DNA from: Diadema antillarum
Lineage: Eukaryota
Assembly: GCF_040938485.1 (NCBI RefSeq)
Contig: NW_027271439.1
Location: forward strand, 806,001-870,000
Length of the DNA stretch: 64,000 nucleotides
Direction: 5' to 3'
This document shows positions 51,501-63,878 of the stretch, piece by piece. Position numbers and translations under genes: made by a program. Numbering within the stretch: the first letter of the stretch is position 1; each line of letters begins with the position of its first letter. Under the pieces are notes generated by a model that was not told the origin of the DNA, ran no database searches, and saw nothing but the letters and a program-made list of their open reading frames with translations.

Positions 51501-53428
51501 AGTGTTAAATTCTAAAACATTTGAACAGTTTGAGTCGGATATGAATCGAATTAATACACGATATCATTAATTGTGATTAGTGTCATTCATATAACTTGAA
51601 TAAACAAATGTACTGATGCGTTCAAACTGATTGCTGTTCCTGTGTAGATCAAACCTCGTAATTTGGTTAATCTTTCTCATGATTAGCCAGTCGCAATGTA
51701 AGGCAAGCCTCGCGTAAACATTCAAGTCATTATTGTATTTTGTCTTTTGAAATCAATATTTCAGATTGTGGATTTAAACGGAGACGGACGCCTAGATATT
51801 CTGGTAACAGCGAATAGGTAAGCATAATTATAATAAACTTTTAACTTTCTAGATAACTACTTATAGTGTGATAAGAATGATTAAAGTACTGCTCTATTCC
51901 GCAATACCTGTTCATTACTTAAACAATATCAGTTACTACTTTTGAAACTGTTTAGAAACAAAGCAATATCGCACACACCATTACTTTTCCCGCTTATAAG
52001 TAAGGCCCAGCAAGCTTATAATCACATTTGAATTAAAAAAAAATCATGCCCAAGCTTATATTCTTTGAATTAAAAAACAGTATGTCAAGCACAACTATCG
52101 GCCATTTCTTTTAAAACTGATTCGTGGGACAGAACAAGTGTTGTGATTTTGTGCAAATTGATAAATGAAACAAAACGTCTAGAATGAGAAGAAAGAGTAT
52201 TTAACGACGTACTTTAGAAGCTTATCTTATAAATACATGTTTTTCTATCAATCAGTGAAACAAATGGTAAACTGCTTGCTTATGAAATCCCTGACGACTG
52301 GGAAACCGGGATCTGGGTGCGTCACGTGATTGCCGAGGGTTTCAAGCCTAACAGTCCAATCACGTTCGAGGGAATGGGTGCACCGGGAGTGGCTTTTACT
52401 ATCAACCCTGACAACAACAGGAACAGGTATGAATTGAGATCACGACAGTAGACACGCGTGTGCTATTATGAGGGTGTGTGCCGTGTTTTGTAAATTTTGA
52501 TAGAGTGCACTTTAAGGTGAATTCTGGCAAACGCAATTGTTACTTCATATTGAACCTTTATTCAAAATGAAGCCAGTCTGTCGGTTCGTCTTCTCCTGCG
52601 TGTATTACTTTGCATAGGCCTACGTCTATTTATTGCATTTATTACGCGCAGAATATGTTTTTCGTTTCATAACATCCATGGATAGTTTAATCCAGAAAGA
52701 CGGTTGAAAATAATGGTAGTAAAGGTCCGAATATTGTTTAACAACAAAATAACTGTCTAACAGAATACCAGTACAACTTTTGTATTCTAAATTCCTTCAT
52801 TATGACACACAGTTAAACTGAATTTCGAAAAGCGAATTTCAGCTCGCGCTAAAAATCATTTTGAATCTAGGCTTAAACTGATTGATCGATAGGTTAAAAA
52901 AGTGTGTATACATGTATGTCATAGATAGATGATGCCATTTCATTGAGACTACCTTGCCCATCCAGAGGATGAATATCTTTGAACTATGATTGCATGCACG
53001 AGAGATTGTGCATGAAATAGCTGACATGCAAACACTGATGATGGAAAGAAAATTTCGGCAAGGCATTGTCAGATTGTGTACGTGATCTCGTCAAGTTGTA
53101 GGCCTACTTCTAAATAGCGCGAACCCATGACTGTATGTTTTTGGTGACTCTCTGCTATCAACATTCTTAACATATTGAATCATTTGACTTCAGACGGAAG
53201 CCTATGATCACCATGGCTGGGGATGACGACAGTAATCTGTACATCTTCGAGGCCCTCAATGATGACGATCCAACGGATTGGCAGTACGCCAAGACATCAA
53301 TATTCGAAGCCGAACACGGCACCGTTGGCTCCCCTTCCGTGCGTGACGTCACAGGAGATGGTCAGGCGGAATTTTTCGTCCCAGCTTACACAGATGGACA
53401 ACTACATGTCTTGACCTTTGAACCTTAA
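45501..53428 (+). CDS. Secreted FG-GAP/VCBS-like (DxDGDG) repeat protein, paralog B; 8 exons, 429 aa; predicted beta-propeller
   Basis: Exons 45501-45795, 48553-48660, 49070-49207, 50229-50441, 50820-50896, 51765-51817, 52256-52426 and 53194-53428 (1290 nt, GT-AG, phases 1,1,1,1,0,2,2). Signal-peptide-like MIRWLVLLVFYPAAMA; motifs DMDKDGLKD, DLNGDGRLD, DVTGDGQAE. Confidence 0.9.
45885..46244. mobile_element. Kolobok-like MITE
   Basis: TTAA-AGGTCCAGTTTACC...GGTAAATTATGCCT-TTAA. Confidence 0.7.
50915..51400. mobile_element. TA-flanked MITE with AGGCTGCGTT termini
   Basis: TA-AGGCTGCGTTTATCTA...TAGATAAACGCAGCCT-TA; internal TAGATAAACGC and AAACGCGTTT repeats; begins 19 bp after the exon-5 donor of paralog B. 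Confidence 0.8.
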
Positions 53429-54041
53429 AGTTATACCTTATGCTCTGACTCATCGTATTGTGTTACTTGATATTCTCTTCGTGGAGCTCAAATTGATTAC
53501 TCAGGATAAAGATATGAGATTTGATAAGTTCATTCCATTATTAGCTTGTTTATGGGTTCATATGGATCATTTGAGCACAGCGGTCAAAAACACATTCTAT
53601 CCTTTTTTGTATTCACTATTGTTGTTGTTATTTTTCATCACTAAAATTTAATTGAAAGTATTACAATCATTGTAATTACAAGATGAATTCATATTTAATC
53701 GACAAAGTGTCCAAGAAATGTTTTTCGTAAAGAATCTTTATGAAGTAAAGATGCCTACAAACGCCATCATTCTATTGATTTCACAGTCATTCTTAAATGC
53801 ATCTACTAAAAGTGGTTTCATGACATTTGCTCCTGCGATAATTGCTGCCATGAAACATCTGCACGCTAAGCCAAACATAAAGTCTACCCACAAATATAAC
53901 CGTGGGTAATCCTGGAATCCTCACATTAACTACACCTAAAACCCTCACAACCCTAACCCTAGATTCCTTGGAGAAAATAAGACGAGAGTAAATGTCGTGT
54001 CACATTAAAAAGTATCTAATCATGTTAATCAGGCTACTCTA

Positions 54042-54490
54042 AGGCTGCGTTCACATAGAAGTATACTATTCGGGTATTCGGGCTCGTTTTTCGAGGGCAC
54101 GCGAATAGCTTGAATCGAACGATAGGATTTCCTCACACCGGTTCGCATAGGAGGGCACTATTCGAAAGTACCGAATAGCTGCGAAAAGTATAGCAAAGTG
54201 GGAATCGAGCTTGTTCGATTTTCTTGCAGCGTATACCGTCTCTCGTTTATGAAATAAAGACACTTTTGGTCTGGATTTGCCCTTTAGCAAAAATAAGCAT
54301 GTAGACTGACATTCTGATGCAGTTTAGAAATTGTTAATAAGATTTGCTGGGATGTAGGAGGAAGAAATCTTCACTGCATGGGATGGTGAGTTGACGGTGC
54401 GTGTGATGGTGTACTCGGTGCCCGCATACCGAATAGCGAATAGCGGATAGCGAATACCGAATACCGAATACTTCTATGTGAACGCAGCCT
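54042..54490. mobile_element. TA-flanked MITE with AGGCTGCGTT termini (second family)
   Basis: TA-AGGCTGCGTTCACATAGAAGTAT...ATACTTCTATGTGAACGCAGCCT-TA; subterminal CGAATA repeats. Confidence 0.8.
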
Positions 54491-54719
54491 TATGAACGAG
54501 TAATACGTCAATCTGTAATAAAGAGTGACCGAGAATATATAGTAGCGACCAACTTTCCTTTGCGTTGTTTATTTGGTGTTAAACTCTCTATTATGCATGG
54601 TATGTGTCTAAACTGCAAACCTTCCAAAGAAACACGATACACACGGAGAGTGTACATTCAGCCAAAAAGGGAGGATGAGAAGAGATCAGGAGTGAAGAAG
54701 AAATAAAGAAAGAAGGAGA

Positions 54720-54744
54720 AAGAAAGAATGAAAAAGAGGAAAAA

Positions 54745-54775
<31 letters not shown>
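54720..54775. repeat. (GAAA)n microsatellite
   Basis: Direct reading. Confidence 0.9.
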
Positions 54776-55258
54776 GTTGCGTTTGTCAGCATCGCCCTCG
54801 CATTTTAAACTTCACTTGATGTACACGGCTAATCTGCATTTGAATGTGAAGATGTGAGAGGTTCAGCTGTTCGTAAAAAGCACAGAGTTGTTCCTATTGA
54901 TGTGTGGGGTTGTTGTCTGTCAGTTGGTATGTCAGGCATTCGTTTCAAAGGGGTGTAAACACTGTATCCTCTTTAGTTCATTGTGCTGAAATTTTTTTAG
55001 GTGTCAACAACTGCAATTCGACTTCATTATGTCAGGGAATGTGTAAATAAAAGGTTCTTCTCGGGGTCCACACGTTAGGCCGCTGTGCTTGCCAATTCTA
55101 CTTCAAGTACACGTATTTAATGTGTGGATGATGATTTATCGTTGAGTTTCGTTACGTTTAACACTTCCATGCTCCCTCTGGGTCCAGCCGTGAAAGGGCA
55201 TTTCGCTCATGGTTTTCTGTGATTTCAATCTTTGGTTTTTGTTACTACTTGACAACAA

Positions 55259-57564
55259 ATGTCTGCCGACGAGAGCCAAGCGAACACCACGGACCTGTCT
55301 GATGTCGTTCAACCAATAATTGCAAACATTTTACGTAATACAACAAAAAGTGAACAGACTACTCTTCCCAACTTGTCAGATGTCATGCCAATCTCTACAC
55401 TAAATTCTGCTGTTACAAACGACAACGACCCCGACGCAGGATCGAGATCGAGTAACACTACAAGAAGAGGTGATGATACCGTGGCTGTTACCAAAACCGG
55501 CCCAATCGACGGAGACATCAACATCGCTCACGTTTGGGCGTTGTGGGGTGTCGTCATCGCAGCAGGTCTTCTGGTTGTCGTCATCGTTCTCATCATGACG
55601 TGCCGGTGCGTCATCTACGTCCAGAAATCGAAGAACGAGACGAAAAAGCCTCGAAGAAGGCTGCCAAGAATCAGTAGAAAATCGCCCAAGTTGCAGTTAA
55701 GGTCTACCGGAGTAATGGCCGACCACAGGGAAGCGAGGAAAGACTTTTTCCACAGCCTGGAACGAGGGAACGCCCAGGCCCGGCGACAGGAGGCGACACA
55801 GAGGTGGTTGCGTAGCAACCTGGCCACGTCGCTTCAGTACATGGAAGGATCGGGCAGCGGTGGTCAGCCGGCTTCCTACACGGAGCAGGAATGCATCCCT
55901 ATGTACGAAACCTCCTTTCGACATGGAGAGTTAGACCGTATTCCAAAAAACAAAGAAACCAGAAAAGAATATTCGTTTACGCGCACACCTCTAAACCAAA
56001 ATGGACAACGGATAGAACGCCCGATTATTCACCATCAACAAAGCGACAACGTCAACGGTTTCGTTCGCGTCATCCCAATGGCATGTAACTTGATCCGTGA
56101 TCAAAACGCGAATATTTCGTTTTCGCCGACGACTCGTGTACAACCACAACATCAGCCGACGCGTCCTCGCTGGCACACGACCGTTCGTCCCGTCACCTTC
56201 TCCCATCTCGTCCATCCAGGAACACGCGCCGTCTTCTCCGAGCCGCCAAGATACGCAGCCAGTCGACTACCAATGCGCCGGCACCATCGGCCGACAGGAG
56301 GCGATACCGGAGCACGGGGATTTCGCCCACCTGCAAGTACCGGAAAGCGATGGCGACCTACGAAACAAACGCTGCCAAAGTTCAATTTGGCCGGTGAGGT
56401 CATTCTTACGTCATCGGAACCAAGTTTGGTAGGAGTTCCAAGGACTGGGCATAACATCTCACCAAGGTGGGACGACTGGAGTTATGAAAACACGGTGTTT
56501 GAGGTAGGAGAACAATTTCGTATAAGCAAGGTTGATGACGATGTTGTTGGTGGCGATTTTGTCAACTTTCGTGATAATTAATTACAAAGATTAACGACCA
56601 TCATAATCTAATATTTGTTTTCTTGATCATCTGTGTTATCATTATCTACTGTTATAATACTAATATCACTTTAAAGTTCACAGGGAAGAGTAACATTTCC
56701 AAATACTGATCGAAGAAAAGTACAGCAATTCAAATGTAGCTGTAGTAAAGATGTGTCGTTTATGATTAGTCACGTGATTGCTTGCACTCCATACAACGAG
56801 CATTAAAACAGGGGACTTTTGCATTTACTTACGGCAAGGTAAAATAGATCGACGAATTATTCTCGGAAGATGCATTTATTGTAGTTGTTGATGTGAAGGG
56901 CATGAACACAAGCTAGAAAACATCTAAATCATTACATAAGATTAGCAAATGAAACGCGCCTTAGTTAAAATCAGAGCACCTAAAAAAGAAGCAGGGGCGG
57001 ATACAGAAATTCCGTAAAGGGGGCGCACGCCCCTATTTTTTATTATTTCTTTTGTTTTAACAAAAAGATAAAGAGGGGCGCAAGCCCGGTGCGCCACCCC
57101 CCCCCCCCCCCCCCCCTCCCGGATTCGCCACTGTAGAAGAGATAGCTTGAACATAGTATCAGAACAGTATAAGAAAAAAGAGAAAAATACCCGCGGTTTG
57201 TGGTAACACAGCCTAACATGATTCACTAGCGTATTTTGTCTGACTGAAAGGTAAAATATGGAAATAACAGTGTGTTTTGCTCTTCATCCTGCTCCAGCCA
57301 AACACACCAAGGCTCATGGTGCCCACAAACTCACCCGAGACTGATCAATCGTCATCCCGCTCGCTGGACAGCCTCAACGGAGTGAGTGCCGGCGCCAGTC
57401 AATGTAACGTGTCGTCAGATGGTAGTCTAACCGTTACCGTGGGAACCAGCAAACGAACGTCCTACGAGTGGGATTTTTATGACCCGACCTATCAGAGTAG
57501 ACCCGTCAGGTTCATGAACGGGGCATACGTGCCAGTTATTGGCAGCACACAGTACTGGGTCTAA
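55259..57564 (+). CDS. Orphan single-pass membrane protein; either a 440-aa single ORF (55259-56581) or a 503-aa spliced form (55259-56503 + 57298-57564) ending TQYWV
   Basis: 1.3-kb GC-elevated ORF with an S/T-rich N-terminus carrying N-x-T/S sites, a hydrophobic segment WALWGVVIAAGLLVVVIVLIM, juxtamembrane CRC and a basic stretch. An in-phase donor GAG|GTAGGA (56503) and a polypyrimidine-CAG acceptor (57297) join it to an 88-aa terminal exon. Confidence 0.75.
56992..57133. mobile_element. Short MITE (CAGGGGCGGAT...ATTCGCCACTG) in the putative intron of the membrane protein gene
   Basis: Inverted termini and a poly-C tract. Confidence 0.65.
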
Positions 57565-58992
57565 AAATCTCTCACTATTAATGGAGTGTTCACAGAAGTT
57601 GTAATTGTGTAGTGTAACAAAAAGACACCAAAAAATATCCACACAAATATTTCAGTTAGTCTGTACGACGAACTTTTCCCCGAGTGACATAGAAGTCATT
57701 TCTTATCAGGAAAAACCTGTTTTCCAGAATAAAGTGTAATGCTGTACAAGCTATGTTTATGAAACATTGACTTGTGATTCATCGTGTGTAGTAGTGACTA
57801 CATGGTATCGAAAGTGTCATATATATCTAAAAGTGTACATATATTATCTTAAATAACGTCCCTTTCAAGGAAACTTGGTGGTATGTATCTATGTCATCGT
57901 TGTGCCACATGAACATTCACGTTAAGACAGCGTTGTATATTTGAGAATCTCCCTTGTGAAAACCGTCATATGAAATATCCCTACATAGGAACTTTGTAAA
58001 GAAAAATGAACAGCACTCGACAAATTGAACGCCAAACTATTCTGCTTCTTTATATCGAGGAAACTGGAATTCTTCAGTCACTGTCAGTCTCTGTTTTATA
58101 GTTGATCTTTGAAGGCCGCTTTGTTTTTGTTTTGAATTTTTTTTTTATAATCGCTTGCAAAGTAGAGGAGTTTCATTTCTTACATTTAAAAAAAAAAAAA
58201 CGTACTAAGATCATTATACTGATGACGTCTTAATGTTTACATATTGACGTTTTGCGTTTTGCAAGTCAAATGAGGCAAATTAAAGTGAATTTATAGTGGA
58301 TATGGACTCTTTCCGGAGGTCTCTAAATAAAAAGGAAAGTTCCTTCCAGAATGTCTTTACAACAATGTTAGCAATATTCGTATCACTGAATGCTGTTGCT
58401 TTCATTATGATCATTATCAACGTTATCATTTTATTACTATCTATATCATCGTCACTGTCAGTACAATGATTGGATCGAGGTAGAACGCGAACTAGGCGTT
58501 ATATATAGTAAAAGAAGTCAAGATATCTACAATGTCGTTCGTTCACTGCTATTGAAACTCCGTAAACTTATCGACCTCATATTTTGTTGGGTTTTTTGTC
58601 CTAATGTTTATCAGGCTTCATTAAAATACGAACTGAAGTCACGCAAGAGGGCAATCGTTACAAAGACCACCTTTCCGTTTTATATGAACTGTAGCGTTTA
58701 TCATTTTCCGCTAAAGCTAGTGAATAATCGTTACAAGTATACAATTTTCTGTTTTATGTGAACTGTAGCGCTCAGCATTTTTTTGTTAAGTCACGTAATC
58801 GAATAATCATTATACATACCATTTTTCTGATTTATTTGAAGTGTCAACAGTGCGATGCATTGACTATGGTTGTCATTAAAATGACACTTGCGCAAAAAGC
58901 AAAGTTTGACTGCCCTACCGTCTTTATTGCCTACAAATCTAAGTTACCACATTGAACTGATCCTGTTAGATCCTACTACACTGTACAATTAA

Positions 58993-59630
58993 AGGGGACC
59001 TCTGGATGATTTTCAGATTTTTACATTTGAACAACTATAAATTAGTTAAACTGAGTAACAGAGTTTCAGAATTTATAGTGATTGGGATGAGGAATGAGAA
59101 TGTTTTCAAAATCTATAACAAATTGCAATGAACAAGGATGATGACATAGCAGCCTCACCATAAGAATGTATGAGTTGGGGCTCAAGGAAGCAGAACAAAA
59201 GAAGAAGGCATGCATAGATTTTTCACAGGTGAACTTGTTGAGCAAGCGGTATTGTAATGGAATTACACTGCTACATTTCTGCAATATATGAGGCTCTGGG
59301 GGGCATTTCATCAACGAGTTCGTCGGAGTTTTCACCGACAAATTTGCTATCAGCCAATCAGACAAAGGATTTCATTAGCTTTTAACAGTTGTCAGTGTAA
59401 ATCCTTGCGTCTGATTGGCTGATAGCAAATTTGTCGGTGAAAACTCCGACGAACTCGTTGATGAAACGCCCCCCAGTGTCATCAACACTGTTCAGTGTGA
59501 TTTGTTTAAGATTTTCAATTTATTGGTTTCTCTGCTCAAGGACCGCAATAAATTCCACGAATCTATACATGGAGCTGTTGATTTATGTACTACATGATGC
59601 GAAATTATGAAAATCGTCCGGAATGCCCCT
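58993..59630. mobile_element. Kolobok-like MITE with a nested palindromic MITE (59296-59475)
   Basis: TTAA-AGGGG...CCCCT-TTAA; inner CTGGGGGGCATTTCATCAACGAGTTCGTCGGAG...CTCCGACGAACTCGTTGATGAAACGCCCCCAG with ~70-bp arms. Confidence 0.75.
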
Positions 59631-59854
59631 TTAATGTAGTATCACTGCTACGCTAACTATAAACCAATGGTGTAAAAAAGTGACCTCTTACAGTACTAGG
59701 ACATGTCCGGCCGTCTCCATCATGTGTGATTGTGCAAGTGTCGATATTGTGACGTCATGAACGTAGTCCTCTCGTGTTGTGGATGGCTGGGTGATTTCAT
59801 GATTGTGTTTGTTTAGCTACACGTTTACTCATAACGGCTACCAAGGCTACATTT

Positions 59855-60000
59855 NNNNNNNNNNNNNNNNNNNNNNNNNNNNNNNNNNNNNNNNNNNNNN
59901 NNNNNNNNNNNNNNNNNNNNNNNNNNNNNNNNNNNNNNNNNNNNNNNNNNNNNNNNNNNNNNNNNNNNNNNNNNNNNNNNNNNNNNNNNNNNNNNNNNNN
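59855..60000. other. Assembly gap (N run)
   Basis: N run. Confidence 0.99.
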
Positions 60001-60582
60001 GGCTGAATATATGAATGATTTGGTTCAAAGGTAGGAAAGAAAAAGCATCTCCCATAGGAGTGTGTAGTAAAGTTATCAATAAATAAAAATAGATAACTCC
60101 TATTGAAATATGAACTGGAAATGGTCTCAACATATCACTTCTCAGGGAATTGCAATGTTAAAGATGAAGTTACTTATTTATTTTTCTACCTCCACGATAC
60201 TCAATTATCTGGCCATGTTGTAAGTGTACCGTAATTGTATATTATGTTATTTTTGTGTCTACAATGTATGTATTTCGTGATGTACATGTATGTTATAGTA
60301 TGTGTAGGGCCTCTGAGAATAACAGTGTTTAGCCACTGACAGAGCTACCCTACTGAAACAAAACAAATAAATAAATAAAATAAATAAATAAAATTCAGAT
60401 TCTTTCCTCCAAATTCAGAATTGTTGGGAGGTCTGTTTCTATTTTTCTATCTGTTTGTCTGTCTCTCTGTCTGTCTGTCTATCTACCTACCCGTCTATCA
60501 ATCTACTGTATAAATACACATAGGACCTACAATGGCTGTACATACATACATGTACACACAGACACAGACATAAAGCCAGACA

Positions 60583-60585
<3 letters not shown>

Positions 60586-60637
<52 letters not shown>
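60586..60637. repeat. (CA)n microsatellite
   Basis: Direct reading. Confidence 0.97.
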
Positions 60638-60639
<2 letters not shown>

Positions 60640-62381
60640 TATACATGCACACAGATATCCTCAACATACAAGCATAACTTCTCAGCATTTCTTAGTGCAA
60701 ATATTAAGGGCATTAGTGCTTTGACAGAATAAGTTCTCACTCATATAGACTTTATTCATATAAATGTGCCTCCAAACATAAGGCACTATACACTGACTAA
60801 ACAATGGACATGTGTACAATAAAAACAACTGACTATTACAGTCTATAAACATTTACAGTACTTAGAGTGCACCATAATCTCTGCATTCTTCTGGTACTTA
60901 CAAAATATTTGTGACACAAGTCATGATTACGGAGAAAATGGTGCAAGACTAACATTTGAAAACAGAACTACACCTCAACAGCTACAGTATCTCTGAAGAC
61001 TGCCACAATTCCTCTGCTAGGGATTGTGGACATTGTATATAAGGCTATGGGGTTTTCTGTGCCAATCAGCACTCAAGCATACAAAGGACTCAACTGAAAG
61101 ATCGGTCTGCATCTGGTCGTCAGGGATACGTTCTACGGAGACTGCGTCTGGCTTCAGAGAATGATAACGTCAAAAAAAATAAAAGACTCCTCCGGACAGA
61201 TGGATCCTTCTGTCTAACAAAGGACTAACTCACATGACATATCCCAGAATTGATTTGGATAATAATTTCAAGGGATTTTTCATGTGGTTGAAAAAAAAAA
61301 TAGTGAACTCACAAAATGTCTATTTGCATTGCTACACATTTATACACAACTCTTCCTCAAAGCCATCACATGGGGGCGTGTCATCCAACATTGTTAGCAC
61401 ATCGTTCAGCAACATTGCATAGTGAATTAATGTTCAAGTTGAGCCCAAATGCTTTGCCCAGAATCACACTTACTTTTGAGGTTGACTTGTCTGAGGAGAA
61501 TTGAATACCATCAATAGGTATAGCAATACAACTAATCTCTTAAAACACTTAACATCACTATGGCACAAATAAGACATTATAACTAATTAAAGAAACAAAG
61601 AGACAAAATTAATGAGCTCCTGCTACGTTGTCACAAGCTATTATTCCTACAGAAGTGAATGGTTTGATTTATGACCACCATGGACACAACCATGTAACTA
61701 CAAGCATACACACTATTTCAATGCATTTTGTAAATTGAGGTCACATTCCCTACGACCTTTGCCCTTTAGCCCCTAGAGGTTACTTGTGATGTCGCTAACA
61801 AAAAGGAAGCTGCAATTGTCATACTATGGTACATGGGAGTTTATTGCATTGGAGCTAAATTTGTAAAGTATACATCTATGTGTATTGCAACAGGATGGAA
61901 AACACAGGTTCTGGTACATGCTGCAAGATCTTACTCTATGTCTACACTGAGACAAAATTTCCTTTATTGGTCTCAAATTTAGCGATCACTAAAATCTACC
62001 TTAATTTTAGTGAAATGTACACTACATTTACAAAAGGAAAATTGAATTTGTCATATTTCAAAGATAATTCTTTTTGCAGCTGCAGTCATAAACTATTTCA
62101 AATTTTTCCTTTGATTTCTTCACTTTGACTGTCCCTGAGTTTGGATATGCATAATTAGTCTCAAAGGTCATGGGTCAAGGTTAAAAAGAGGAGTTATCAA
62201 GCAACCTGCATGCTAAGATAGATGATAAGATAAAGGATAGGTATAACTGCCTTTTGTCATCACTACATTCTGTGATGACCTTTTCACTCACTTCTCTTCT
62301 TTCAACTGAAGGGACCACCCTCTTCCAGACATCAGGTGAAATGACTTTTTAAAATGAACATATCCAAAACTCTTTAAACTA

Positions 62382-62590
62382 CTATAAAAGTGGAAATTTT
62401 CGCGGTGTTGAAATTTTCACGCATTTCGCGCAACCAGAAACTAGCGCGAAAATAAAAGCATGCGAATATTTCTGCTTGCCATATTGTCCTGTGCGTGATG
62501 TCTTGATTCCGCGGAATTAAAAACACGTGAAACTCTTCTTACCCGGCCAAGTGGGAAAAATTAGTCGCGCGAAAATATTCACTTTTGCAG
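62382..62590. mobile_element. TA-flanked MITE (CT.TAAAAGTG...CACTTTTGCAG)
   Basis: TA-CTATAAAAGTGGAAATTTTCGCG...CGCGAAAATATTCACTTTTGCAG-TA. Confidence 0.65.
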
Positions 62591-63878
62591 TAGTCTCTGA
62601 GAAGAGAATTCATATACCAGCATGAAGTCACTCAATAATGAAATGCCAAGTGCAAGGACAGTGCATTTTGACTGTAATCATAATCTTTTCCCATGACACA
62701 GCTCTTCCTAGACTAATTAGCATTAAGACATACAATATGATAAATAGTGGTTGACACAAATAAACTTTTATTGCTCATCGTTTGAAAAGGAACCCACCCT
62801 TCTCTATCAAAATGAACTGTATTCTTCAGAAACATTAAGAATTCTCCAGCTGCTGGAAAACACATCTTCACACAGCCTCTCTCCCGACAGTTACGGGTAG
62901 GGGTTCTAAAGAAAAGAATAAGTTGCATCCACTGGCCATTACCATGTATGGCAGGTCATATTTTGCAATGGTATTACTTTTAGAGTTGACTGATATTTGT
63001 GAAGTTTGCAACACATCAGAATGTCGCCTCACATATTGCAACATATATCTTTGCACTGCATATGTGATATGTCATCATGAAAGCCATATAATGTCAGGAA
63101 ACTACTTTTTTTTTTTTTTTTTTTTTAAGGTTTAGACAAATGTGAATTTGTTAGATGATAAGCTTTGAATTGATGTATTAATTTGCCCTACTTCATTTCA
63201 AGGAAAATAGTTTGAAAAGAATTGAAACTTAGAAACTGTAATGGTTACATTGCTAAAGTCAGCTTTATGTGAATTTTTCTTCATTTTTTTGATCTCCGAC
63301 TTTATATGGGTAACATATGATGATGCACCACGCATCAAGGGAAAAGACAGCCTTTGCTTCTTGACAAAGGATGATATCTTTTCCTAATTCCATGGTTATG
63401 GTTCTCAATTGCTAAGTTAACCACGTAAAAAAATTCCTCAGCAGTCCAGATTCACAAAATATATGGCATATACCATACAATGTAGCTAAGAAGTATCAGA
63501 TGTGTATGTTACTCACTAAAGTGCACTCTTCCTAACCTGTCATTGAGTTGAATTTCACGTTTACTTTTCACAACAGAAAACTATTTCATGTTTAACTCTC
63601 ACTTCCTTTCTAAAAATTATAAAAAGAAATGCTGCATTGTTGAGGACAGGCCTTGATACGGAATGGAGAAGCTCATTATGACATTTTATGACAAGAATCC
63701 TTCATCAAATCATGAAGTGTTCTTTGGTCTCCAGAGTGTAGACTTTGGTTGGTGTGGCTGCTGAGTTTGTTCTGGATATTTCTCTATTTTCTCCTTTGCC
63801 CTTCATACATAGAGATCTAATGCAGCTACAGACATTGCCTGACATGAAACCATCAAAGAGGGCACCAGACAACTTTAT

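Noticed and set aside
59699-59757. p53-like half-site GGACATGTCC and CRE TGACGTCA
   Set aside because: Single short motifs are expected by chance in 64 kb; no linked promoter is evident and a gap follows.
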